Part shown: piece after piece, positions 26,587-46,339 of the stretch | Position numbering within the stretch: position 1 is the stretch's first letter | How the letters are laid out: each line of letters begins with the position of its first letter | Assembly: GCA_051362555.1 (NCBI GenBank) | Contig: CM120647.1 | Span: 6,758,001-6,822,000, forward strand | Source: Lingula anatina | Lineage: Eukaryota > Animalia > Brachiopoda | Reading direction: 5' to 3' | DNA: 64,000 bases | Program-made: the position numbers and the translations under genes | Notes under the pieces: model-generated | The model's database searches: none | What the model was told of the DNA's origin: nothing | Seen by the model: only the letters and a program-made list of their open reading frames with translations

Positions 26587-27713
26587 TGGGGAGACCTGCC
26601 ATTAGATTTTATTTTATGCTATCAATTCAGGATGTGTATGAAAGGAACTTGATTGATTTACAACTTGTGGGGATACAAGACCTTTATTTCATTGCAGTTG
26701 TTTGGGGGGGGGGGGGGGGAGCATTTGTTCCCGATTAATGCCTAAACATCAGGGCAAGAATTAACCAAGTTTGAAAAAGAAGAGTTTTCTTTGTCCTATG
26801 TAGAGAAAAATGGCTGAAATGACTTCTTTTCAGATCTACCCATATTCTTCATATTGGTGATCTGACCAGTTCATTACAAGTATAAATATTGTACCAGCCG
26901 GCAATGAGAGCTTTCTCTTTAGATGGGGTTTCAGAAAGCACAGAAATGAAAGTTATTTCTATTTTCAACCTATTTATTGTCTTCTGCTAGCTGTTGGTAA
27001 ACGGTTCAGCTGAATTGGAGAGAGATTTTGATTAAAACCTTGACTGTTTATGGGAGAGGACATATGATTGGCTAATATTGATACTCGACTTTGGCAGATA
27101 GCTAAGTTGTTGGGGCTCATCATTATACAAAATTCCCTTTTTGGCCAGTTTGCATTGCATGAAGATGAATTTGCACACCCTATAAAATATTTTTCTTTAG
27201 CCAAAGTGAGTATATTGACAATTTATTTTCTGGAATTATTTCAATTTTCTGTATCCAAAGTGAGTTAATTGTCTTCATCATTTAGCAAAACTTAAATATG
27301 TGAGCTCTGCAACTGTTTATTGAACAAGACTTCTCATTGGTTAAAATTTGCAGAGGATTTTGTAGCCCATATTTAGATGATATGGTGTTTGTGGTTGGTC
27401 AAAATTGTCCAAAATGGATATAAATATTATTGTAGCTAATTGTAAATAAACCGCTTTATGTCTATTTTTTATTCGGCAAACTTTTATAATTTTAAAAACC
27501 GGTATCATATTTTGTCGAACATTTTTAATTAACCCTACTGTTATAGATTCAAGTAAAGTTCAATTTGTATCACCACTGTAAAAAGCTGTACAATTCCACG
27601 TGATGTTTTAATATAAAGGGCTAGTTTCTATCTTTTGTTCATCTTTTGTAAACGTAGCTTTTTTTATTTTACAGTGAAAAGAAAAACAATTTTGACAACT
27701 CTAGATTTGTATC

Positions 27714-27719
27714 AATAAA
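27714..27719 (+). terminator. Candidate polyadenylation signal of RAD21
   Basis: AATAAA followed by GT/T-rich sequence, ~1.1 kb after the stop codon. Confidence 0.4.
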
Positions 27720-28459
27720 ACTTCTACAATATTGAAATGTGTCTTTATTTATAATAAATTTATTGTGAATATACTTAATTAATTAATAAAAGAAAATAAT
27801 TTGAAAACTATGATCCTTGAAAACTATCTGCAAATAACCGTAGGAAAAATGAATGTAAAAGTTATTGGATTTTTCTCTAATAACTGATTCTCTAAAAGTC
27901 CCATATTTTCCACCTTGAGTTCTAAGGGTATCAAGAATCTTCCCATTACTGTGGGGCAGGGTGATTTTTTTTCCATCTTTCAAGGTGATTTTCCAGCGAT
28001 CTTAAATGAGGGGGCTGATTTGGGGGAGGGGGTGAGATGGTTGTCACCCACACAAGATCAGTCTTCTTACATTTACAGAGTCTGCAAGTGTAGGCTGTGG
28101 TTGAAATAATCCAAGATGATCTAAAACTAGTAAGTTGGCACTGACTGACACTGTACAAGACTAGAAAATGTATAAAAATCCCTGTGGTGAAAACTTTCCT
28201 GCCATAATGGTGAAACACTGCTAGAGATGTTGTCACAGAGAGCAATACAAACTTTAAGTGACATGCAAATCATTCTGAATTCCTAATATCATGCACAGAA
28301 GGGCTGTAATTTGACAGAAATTTTAGAAAAGAAAAACAACCAGACAAAAATTGTTGGACACTTTCACTATAATGCAAACTTGCATTCCCTTGCTTTATCA
28401 TTAAACCTGGCTTTTTTATCTGTCACCCTGGGCATCAGGGGCTAGATTGTGACATGTAA

Positions 28460-28707
28460 GACTGGGTTCCCATACTTAGATCGATCCAACTGGATTGACC
28501 TAACTCCCTGGGGGTTCACGCTAAATTGCTATCAGCTCAAGAGGCTTAATGTGTTTGTCACGCCAACCGAATCAGCTAGGGGTAAAGATAATTATCCCTT
28601 AACAGTTTTACAAGGAGTGACAGATGTTTAAGCCGGTTAGTTTGATAACAATTTAGTGAGACTCCCCAGGGAGACAGATCGAACCAAATGTCTGTGGGAA
28701 TGGTCCC
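28460..28707. mobile_element. Family-A palindromic MITE
   Basis: gggttcccatacttagatcgatc...taactccctgggggttcacgctaaattgc...tttagtgagactcccc...tgggaatgg; shared with 14201, 45185 and 52112. Confidence 0.8.
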
Positions 28708-28845
28708 TTAATCTCCACATGCCCAAATTCAGACAATAGTGGCCTCAGCCTTAATTCAAGTGATAGATTCTTTTTCTTTTTCTTAGGCCTCTCTTAAAGC
28801 AGCAGTTTTGAGTTCCAAAACGAGCAATAAGAATATTGTTTAACC

Positions 28846-29146
28846 AGTGGCAAATTTAGATGGGAGGGGGGGGGGGGGGGGGGGGGGGTCCTCCCCCCCC
28901 CCCCTTTGGTTTCTGAAAATATTTCACATCAATATTTTCCTGCTGAAATTAGAATTTTGACTAGCTGAATCATAGTTCTAAACCATACCAAAGGGCACTG
29001 TTTGTTCTCCAAAACAAAAAAATTGGGGGGGGGGCCTTGAGTAGGCCCCGAACCCCACGCCAAGGGGGCAATGGCCGACTTTGCATCTGAGGCCTGTTGT
29101 TCCAACCCTCCCCCCTCCTCCCTCAAATAATCCTGGATCCGCCCAT
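28846..29146. mobile_element. hAT-like non-autonomous element with G/C homopolymer tracts
   Basis: cagtggcaaatttag ... cctggatccgcccat termini, typical of CAGTGGCGGATCCAG-type elements; degenerate. Confidence 0.5.
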
Positions 29147-30839
29147 TTAACTGCATGGTTAAATGATCAACAGTGCAAAAGGAAACTTAATCTGTGTACT
29201 TTTATTAATTTTTTTCATTTAATTATTTTTTTTTATTTATATTTAAAAATTATATTAATTTTAGTAAACTTAAAAATTTCAAAATGTTTCCACCTGTACT
29301 TCAGCTGTGAAAAAGGTAAACAAGGGGCATTTATGCTTACTATGTCCATACACGGTGAACATTTAGTAGCCTTTGAACAGATATAACAGACTTAATAGAG
29401 CGTACGAGTTAAAATAACAACACTTACACCTGTTTCAAATGGCAAAATCTTCAATGATAAAGGGGCTTTAAGACGCATTTATTTTACAGCAGTAAGCTTT
29501 ATTTCTTATCTTAAATTCAAACTTAATCATCCTTATAAATAGTTCTATTTAAGAAATTTACCACTAAAGGTATATGTTGTTCAAATAAACTTAACATCGT
29601 TGAATAAATATTATATTTCAAAAAGCACATGCTTGAAATGTTAAATGCATAGTAACATATTAAGGGGTTGAGAGAATATATGATTTGTATATGATATTGG
29701 TGCTGCACTACTGCTTTAACAGCTCTCCCAGACAAATTTCAATGCAGCTATGGGTTGTGGCAAAAATATTTAACAGAAAACTAAACCAAAATTAAGCCAC
29801 TTAACAAAAACTTGTTGCATTTTTTTTTCAATAAAAGTAAATATTAAAGTACTGCAACATAATATTCAATACATGATGATTAATGATTAATTTGAAACTG
29901 AAATCATCACAAATGACTGAAAATGATCTGTAAAACACAATAATTTTATACACTAACATCTACTTAAAGTCTTTGGAATATGACGAACTTTTCAATTTAA
30001 AAACTGTGCATTAAATAGTTATGATTGATATATGACATAAACATGGACTCTAGGACTTATTCACCGTTATTTTAGAATACTACATTCTTTTTCAGAGAAG
30101 TGAAGTTCTATATATATATCCTTACTTTCTAACTAGCCGGGGCATAATACAACTCAGTTTCCTTTACACAATAAACCTACAAAATACAGTAAAAGAAAAG
30201 CAAAAAGATTCTGGGAAATTATCTAATATGGCTAGATAAAATACTTGTTTTTAAAAATGAAAAAAAAAGATGCAAACATGAAAACTGGATGAATCAGATG
30301 AATTGGAATAACCGATCACTTTGTGACAAACGAACAAAAACAATTTATACTTAAATATGATATATCAACAATGCATTTAGAAACAACAAACCAAAAACTA
30401 ATAAAAAGGCAAGTACTATAAATTTTGATTTTATAACATTTCAATGGCAGCAGTGATGATGAGCCAACTTACACAAATAAACATCCGTCATGAAATTTAA
30501 ACTTTGAATCTTATAAAAATATTAAAATGTGGAAAATAATTATTTTACTCGTCTAGATGTCAAAGTCCACTATCTCAAGCTGTAAAATTCAACAAAATTA
30601 GTTACGCTGCCAAAATGAGTAGCTGCAACAACCTCAGATCTTCTATCTTCAATTTATTTATTCTTTTACACTTATCTTTTTTTGCTACAAAACATTGTTT
30701 GCTAATTGAGCATTCAGATCTTAATGTTCAACCCTGATTTTGGTGAAACACATTTTTTATTCTCTCTGGTGTAAGTATGATCCTTAAAAAAAAAGTAAAT
30801 CGTAAATCATTTCTCTAACACAGGGTGCAGTCTATAACT

Positions 30840-33065
30840 TTATGTGTGTTTGTTGATAGGCAGATCTCTTTTCCCTTGCTCCTTTTCCTTATCTTTGTGT
30901 CTTTTATGCCTTCGATGCTTTTTCTTCTTATCTTTTTTCTCCACTTTTAATTTCTCCATCCTTTCCATGACTTCCCTTAGAAATATCTGAACATCTTCAG
31001 TGACTGCACAATCTACTGGCAAGCGAAGATTACCGTCCTTCACACTGGGCAAGGCTCCCAAGTCCAGCAAAAACTGGACCATCTCTAAGTTCCCGCTTTG
31101 AGCAGCTAGGTGTAGTGGACATTGTCCACTTCCGTTAGCCTGATTAACATCAGCCCCTTCACTGACTAGAATTTTGGTGACGTTGAGATGACCCCCACGA
31201 ACCGCTAAGCTTAAGGGACCATCCCCATTGCAATCTCCCTTGTTGATTACAGCTCCGTGACTTAGTAGCAAAACCAGTAGGTTTTCTAATCCCTCTGCTG
31301 CCACCAAATGTAGAGGACTCTGTCCCTTGCCATCGCAGATATTGACAATATCGGGGTTTTGACTTAGAAACAACTGGACCATCGCCTCGTTGGCTCCCTG
31401 AATTGCCAAATGAAGGCAATTATCTCCCTGGTTGTTGCAGATGGCCATATTGGCACCTGCTGCGACCAAGCACTGCGCCATTTCCAAACTCTTCTGTTGA
31501 CTGGCCATCATTAAGGCAGTGTTACCGTGGTGATCGCGACACTGGATATCCGCCCCAGCACTAACCAGCACCTCTACTGCCTCCTGGTGGTGATTTCTTG
31601 CTGCTAAAATTAGTGGTGATCGCCCGTCGTGGTCTCGGTTGTTCAAGGTTACCTTATGAGCTGTGAGGAGTTTCATTGCACTAATGTTGCCTGTGAAATA
31701 AGAAAAGTTAACACAAGTTATACATAAAAATGTGTGTATTTAGAGCATAAGAGTACCGAGTACCCAAGTTCCTTTGGGAGGGGTCAAAGCCTCATGCCTC
31801 ATAGGTAGAAAACACATTTACAGTAACATTAGTTTGCTCATCATAATAACCTGTAGGCATTTGGCCTGATGATGCTCTTGTGACAAGAGGGAAACATACA
31901 TGAAGCTGTTTCACTGTTATTTTTGTTTCAAAGAAAGTGACTACTATCACTAAAATATCACTAAATGAGCCATGACCAATCTTATTGATTACCAATATAA
32001 TATAATATAATATAATATAATATAATATAATATAATATAATATAATAAAAAATGCAAGCTAAACATATGCCTCAACTCACCATAGAATGCAGCCCAGTGC
32101 AAGGAAGTCCAACCAACATAATCCGCCATTGTAATAGCTGCGCCATGTTGCATCAGGACCTCCATCACCTCAGGATGCTGACCTTTGGTTGCCATGACGA
32201 GGGATGAGCAGCCATCTTGGTCTTTCAGGTTGACATTGGATCCGGACTCCAGTAACGTCTTTGTGACATCTCTGTTGCCCTTGTATGCAGAGTAATGGAG
32301 TGGAAGTCGTTTCGCCTTATCTTTTGTATTAACCTCGCTTCCGCTTTTGACCAATAGGCTTGAAGTGTCTGCGTCTCCATTATATGCAGCTAGGTGCAGC
32401 GGAATTCGTTCTTCAGCATCTGATTGGTTTACTTTGGCACTGTTGTTGAGCAAGAGTTGGACGATGTGGGAATGGCCGTTAAATCCAGCTACGTGCAGGG
32501 GAGTGGTGCCAAGATTACACCAGGTGGCAGCCTTGGCGTTGAAGAACGTGCTCGACTTTGGGGTTTGCTCCAGAGGGAGGTTCACATCTGCTCCGCTACT
32601 TAAGATCTAATATTGAAAATAAAAAAGTGTAAGATAAACACAATAATAACAATAAAAATTTTAAAATTTTAAGATTATAATAATAATAATAATAACAATA
32701 ATAATTATAATATTGATTAAGAGTTCTTTAAGTCCATGTTCTACAATCAACTCAAAAATGCATGCAATATAGAAACTGAATTTTAGATCAAGACACACAT
32801 ACAAAAATATTCATACCCAGAATTCATACAAATAGGATATTTATATGCAGTATATCTCTGCCAAATTTAGAAACTGGTATACCTTCTGAGCCATCTTCAT
32901 GTTTCCACTGTGGACCACCGCATGCAGAGGTGTCAGGCCACATATTGTTGGCGTTTCGCATATCTTTTTCAGCTGGTACGAATTGCCATCAAATATTCTC
33001 TCCACTGCAGCGCCATCTTCATTCTCGATGGCCACGACTAGACGATTGGCCCAGATAGCAAACAT
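30840..33065 (-). CDS. Ankyrin-repeat protein, ~519 aa; exons 33065-32883, 32606-32081, 31690-30840
   Basis: More than ten G.TPLH.AA..G repeats. Junctions AAG|gtatac, tag|ATC, G|gtgagt and cag|GC are phase-consistent. Basic C-terminal tail KKDKKKKHRRHKRHK (NLS-like). A non-coding upstream exon donor lies near 33955. Confidence 0.9.
31995..32046. repeat. (ATATA)n pentanucleotide microsatellite
   Basis: About ten tandem copies. Confidence 0.95.
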
Positions 33066-33954
33066 GCTGGCAATGCCTGGCTGACTACATCTGAAAGAAC
33101 ACACATCATTTTTTATTGTGCATTTTATTGTATTTGCTAGGTTAAATTTTTCTCTAACTGTGTCTTTTTAGCTTAAATCTTAATCTAAGTTTATTTTTCT
33201 TTATCTATCTATCTATCTATCTATCAACCTATTTATTCATTTATTTATTTATTTATTTATATATTTATTTATTTATTTATGTCAGGCATTGGGAACAAAG
33301 CCTATAGTTTTTGTTGAAAATAACATTTGGATGTCAAAAGTACAAACTTCCATAGAAATCTAACATGGCTCACTTTACTGGAATTTTTTTCCCCCTTTGT
33401 TTTATCGTAATAAATAACACCAAAACCATTCAGTAACACTGATATTCTTAATATCTATTGTGGTAAAAAAAAAAAATAAATAAATGACGTACGAAAGGTA
33501 AATAAAAGTGATAACACAATATTTTTTGTAGTAATTACAACACGGTTACGTTGTGCTTGCTTACAATTGAAGCAATGTCTATTTAAACTGAAATAATGCT
33601 TATCTAGTTTGCAAAACACAATTTGTAAATGAATCCCTCATAAATATTTCTCATATAATTCCACACTTGTTGATGGATATAATTCATTAAATGGATATAA
33701 TTTATTAAAACTGACATAAAATAATATTTATCTGCATAAAATATCAGGGTATATCCGCTCTGTTTCAGAATTTGACCTAGGTCTTGGCCTAAGCCTGGGG
33801 GTCTACACTCACACAATGACTCCAGCTGAGCCTGTGGCAAAACTTCAACAAAGTTCAAGTCTGCAGTGCTTCATCAAGATATAATATCAAAAACAGAAAT
33901 TTCTAGACAAATTATCCGGCAGTAAACACATATTTGTGAAAATGTTGTTTTTAC

Positions 33955-34655
33955 CTTCAATGCCTCCTTTTCGGCAGCTGCCACAAGCTCTGGATATCTA
34001 AAATTTCACCCCCCTAGCAACAAGTACACAGCGCTGTGTACTCCATATATAATCAATGGGCGCTATTCCAACGCACCCGCGAGGTCAAATTGCCATTGAC
34101 CTCCCTCGACCTATTTATTGTGACTAATCAAAAGCCTTGTACTATTCGCCTTAATCGTCCACGTTGCATGCTCCGGGCTGGTGTTGTCTGAAATTAGGTT
34201 TTAAAGATGAGACTGTCATTCATTTTTGTTGTCAGATCTGGAAAAGTAACATGATTTCGTGAATAAAACTTGCTCACAAATTCACAAGATGCCCTTAAAC
34301 CATGAGTAAACGCGCATCGAATTTTGGAAGAACTGAATTTTGACTAATCAGAGAGCTTGTCTCAACCGGTCTCTTTGATTGACTCCATCTTGATATTGTG
34401 GACGTGTTTCCTGAGTGGGGTAAGGAAATCGTGTGATTTCTCAAAGTTGGACCAGTTTCGAATAAAGGCAACGTTGAATTTTTATAAATATTATAGGCCA
34501 CAGCTTTTCATTTAGATATGATTGAAATTTATACCTTGATTTTTGCGCAAATGGCCATCGGCTTTAGGGCTGCGGGTTCGGTCACTGCAGATTACTGTAC
34601 ATGGCCACGTACGCCGGTGAATTGCTAGAGTAGTAAGTGCTTAGAAGTCTTAGTA
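33955..34655. promoter_or_regulatory. Putative bidirectional promoter region, ankyrin gene (-) / STT3A (+)
   Basis: Divergent non-coding first exons: minus donor AAG|gtaaaa at ~33955 and plus donor gtaagt at 34633. Locally CpG-richer sequence. Confidence 0.5.
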
Positions 34656-34911
34656 AGTTAGACATTAAAGCAATGGATTTTTAAATAAAAAAGCGTCGGT
34701 CTGGACTCAAAATTATGCATCATAATAAATTGAAGTAGTTATTTAAAATACAGCGGGAGCAAACTTGAAGAAACGGGCGTTAGAATTGTTTGAAGAAAGA
34801 GGGGGGAAAAGGTGAAAAATTATATTTCCTTCATATTCACTTACAAGGAGCCTGTTTGAATAATACAGAGTCTTGCCTTTCATATTTTCAGGTTGTATAT
34901 AACTGTTCAGC

Positions 34912-42265
<7,354 letters not shown>

Positions 42266-43587
42266 TTTTACGACTTCTTCATCATAAAAAACCTAGCTCT
42301 CCGTCACAGTCAATGCCACTGACTTAACTCGTCTTACAGGGCAATTACACTTATGCAAGACTCGACAGTAATTTTTTATAGAGACCCAATAATATAATGA
42401 TGATGATAATTATGTTTTTTTTTCTTTAGATTTATGATTTGTATATGACTATGTATATATTTACATCAACTTTATGGTCAGATTATACCAAGTTGGATTG
42501 TATTGGAATGGGCGTGAAATGTTTAGTAAGATCGTGCTCAGTTATAAAACCAGAGAATTTCCTTCTGTAAGTTTACTGAATCCTTATGCTAAGACGTTAA
42601 AATTGGCAGATTATAAAAAAAAGAAACGAGTGTGGGGATGAAATTCTGTATTTGAACTTTGGAATGGGATGAGGAGAGTAGCAACTTTATTTATTTATTT
42701 ATTTATTCATTTATTTATTTATTTATTTATTTATATAAATGGTCTCGGTGGTAGAGATCAGAACTGTAGGATGATACAAAATCCATCGATAAAAAGCAGG
42801 CGCTGTATTTGCATTTTGGAATATGAGGTGGTGAAATTTTTTCTTCACGTGTTACTTCTACACAATAGACGACAGTCTCCTTGGTAAATAGACAAGATTT
42901 ATGAAACGGTATCATATTTGACAGCGTATCATGTGTACATATGTATGATCGACCGAACATTATTTTGCCGGCATGGCGGCGTGTATGCCATCTGTTAGCC
43001 GCGTGTAATTGCGGACGGAACACGGTTTTGTCCTGCTGAATCCGGCTGTTGTTTGTAAGTACACACTGGGATACATGTTTACTGGGGTGTGACTGTGAAA
43101 TTTGATTTGACCACAAGTGTAAATGACCAAAGGTCAGTGCCTCCTTGACCAAGCTAAACCTCGGTTGAAGAGTATTGGGGGGGGGGAGGAATGGAAGATT
43201 ATTGGAACAACCGCTGGGTTGGAGGGGGGGGGGCGAGATCGGAACATCTCAACCACACAGCGGGATTCTGTTGCAAGAGAATTAGGAATAGGATTCTAGA
43301 ATCGCTTTATGTTGAAAGCTTGTTGCCTCCATCCACCTCAACCCCCAAGTTGTTTCATTGGATTTCTAGATGGATTCTTTCGATTTTAGCTGTGTCATTT
43401 TGCGACCCGTTCTGTTTGCCATAATCTTGTTAATTAACCTATGTTAATAAGATTATCTAATTACACCCAGCATTTTAAGGTGCAGATAAAGCCGTCATCA
43501 GCTGGCCGTTGCGAGTTCTTTTACATCCCACGCCAGTTGCACATATAATTGATGTAGGCCTACGTTTTGCGCAACTGGTGAGCTAAC

Positions 43588-43624
<37 letters not shown>

Positions 43625-44981
43625 TAAAGGCAGTTCTTTGATGACTGGCTTGTTCTATGGACCCAACGTGTTAAGCAATTTAAGCTGTCGCAAATATGAA
43701 CAAAGGCAATGTCAAAAACTGCTTGTAGTTGACAATACTTGGAATTCTTTGTAAAACGTGACTTGAGCGATTTGGATCTTTTGAACATGAAGATTGGCAA
43801 TTAAGATGCAAGTTGTTGCAAAAATATGTGTGTAACAAGATAAGTGCTTGGTAAGACACGTCTGTTTGAAATATTTTAAGAAGTTAAGGTGTCAAGATGC
43901 ACATTCCGTAGCTTGCGGCGGAGGCAGAAGAAAGTGCCCAAGTCGCAAGACCTGTTTAATTTTTTTTAATGTAACCAAAGTATATGTGGCTAGGACTGAG
44001 TTTGTGAAAAACAAAGATGGTGGCGAAATTGAAATAAAACCTAAGATTATTTAAGATAATTAGAGCGTTTTATCTTGAATTATTGTTTCTCTGTAGTTTA
44101 AATTTACGCACTTCATTGCCAACCAGTGTGAGATTGGAAAAAAGAAAATACATATTTCCTGAACAACTTTTGAATATTTAATGCTTGCAAAGCCCAACAT
44201 ATTATACGAGACCAAATTATCACCACCAACTATCAAATCGGCTTAAAGACTCAAAGAGAAGTCTTTTTATGAAAAAAAGGGGCAAATTAGTCGAAGCAAA
44301 ATGATTATAGAAAAGTTGTCAGGTTTTAAGACAAAAAGTTCTACTTTTCATGAAAATGGAAAATGATATTAAAATTAAAATATTGATAAATCGGAACTAG
44401 ACGACCAATGATATATGAAACGCGTTCATGTGCAGTTTGAAAGAATGAATAAGGGGATAACGTTGCAACATGGAGTAATTTCATTAACTCAAGAAGTCAT
44501 CGTCGCCTTAATTGTGACAATGGTATACAGCATTAATTCTCCCTATGAGAAATTAGAAAATGGTAAGACTCTTCCGGTCTATTCAAATTGAGCGTTGTTT
44601 CTTAGCTGCACACGTATGCTCCAAAAGACTGACAAGAAAATAGTGAGGCTCATACGTAAGCGAGTGATTTACATGGTTTTTGAAATCATTTTATTATCAG
44701 AGCTCCTTCCACCTCAGTGGTTACATAGTTTTTCGTTTCAAGCCTTTTTAATCATCTTAGATTATTTTTCACACAAACTGATGACGCACTTCCTGTCCAG
44801 TTGTGACGTTTCAATTTGGAATTGTGCTTCTCTCGTCAGGAAGCCGAGACTTTTATTTTTGGCAAATGGCGTTTCAGAATACCTACGCTGTGTGTTACTT
44901 TATTTGCACTTAAAGTTTTTACCCCTTTTTTCGGCCTTTTCGTGTCTAATTATCCCATAAAGGAACATCCGAACGAACTAT

Positions 44982-45168
44982 TCAGGGGGCGTTTTCACAA
45001 ATGGATCCTTAAAAGCTATCCAACTTCTACACTAAAATTTGTTCTCTTCGACTAAAAAATAGCTCATAAATAATAGAAAATAATTTTTTTTTTCGCCGGA
45101 GTTTTTTTTTTAACAAGAAAGAGATGACAAATGTTTGAGATCAATGCTCAATTTGTAAAATCGCCCAG
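44982..45168. mobile_element. Possible short TIR element
   Basis: gggcgttttcacaaat ... atttgtaaaatcgccc imperfect inverted termini. Confidence 0.45.
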
Positions 45169-45184
45169 GTGCTTGTCGTGAGCG

Positions 45185-45431
45185 CCGTTCCCATAGTTAG
45201 ATTGATCTAGCAGGATCGACCCATCTCCGAGGGATTTTTGCTAAATTGCATTCAGTTTAAGTGGCTTTGATGTCTTCCACGCCTACTGAAGCTGCTAAAC
45301 GATAGTTAATTACCCCCTAACAGCTTCAGAAGGCGTGCCAGACATCAGAGACGCTTAAGGTGAATGCAATTTAGCGAGAAACCCCTCGGAGATGGGTCGA
45401 TTCTGCTAGATCGATCTAGGTATTGGAATGG
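45185..45431. mobile_element. Family-A palindromic MITE, nearly whole-length hairpin
   Basis: tagattgatctagcaggatcgacccatctccgagggatttttgctaaattgcattca / tgaatgcaatttagcgagaaacccctcggagatgggtcgattctgctagatcgatcta. Confidence 0.85.
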
Positions 45432-46339
45432 TATCGTAGCCGTCGTTTCCTTGAGATACGCCCCTGAACAAGGCACGCAACTTAACGCTAAGGGTGGGCG
45501 GTACAATAAAAGATTAGATGGACTCCCCATGGTGAGGCTATCGCAATCCCACACTGGACTGGAAATTCGCTTTCAGTGATCAACACATAAGCTATACAGT
45601 TCTAGCTTTAAAAGAGATTACACTTGGCCTGGTAAAACATGCCACAACTTCTTTTTGACAAAACCATAATAATAACATATTTATGAAAATTAACCATCTT
45701 CTTAACTTAACAAAATACTCTGATTATTGAGAAGTTTGTTTATATAGTACCCCAAATCACAGCTGCGTTATAGTTTTTGATTACAATTAAGTTTAATGAT
45801 ACACTTGTATTATACGGCGTATATATTGATTGGCTTCATTCCTTATATGTCATAGAATATATGTATATTTTTCAAACTAACTCGGCCTATCATCTTCACC
45901 TTGAAACGAAACGCATAATGTTTGCAGCAGAATAAACACGTACGATCTTTTAGCTTGTTCCTTGTTACAGACATAAACGGGGTTTCCACTCTCTTCTTTT
46001 CCTCGAGATACAGATTCTGAGCCTAGCACACAAACAGAAATGTTTAAAAGTATTTTACCCACGACAAATGTCAATTCAACTTGGGCTACTGAATCTGTTT
46101 CACAAGGAGTTACAATGGCAGATGTTTCGTTTCGGTTCGATAAATGTTGCAATATTTCGATTCATTAGTTAGTATTTATCTTAGGTCAAAATAGCTGTAA
46201 TTTTGGGTAAAAATACTAGGACCAGTTTTCCACTTAAGTTATTTTTGTGCCCTGCCCCTCTGCTGTCTTAAAGATTCAAACAAGGAGATGTGACGTCATA
46301 TTAAATCCAGAAACGGTGTCGTTTGCTAATCTAGATCCT

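Noticed and set aside
34302-34343. ATG at 34302 as the STT3A start
   Set aside because: It stops after 13 codons; the conserved N-terminus begins at 34912.
42727-43424. 141-aa and 77-aa ORFs after STT3A
   Set aside because: No recognisable motif or convincing splice structure; probably 3' flank or an old repeat.
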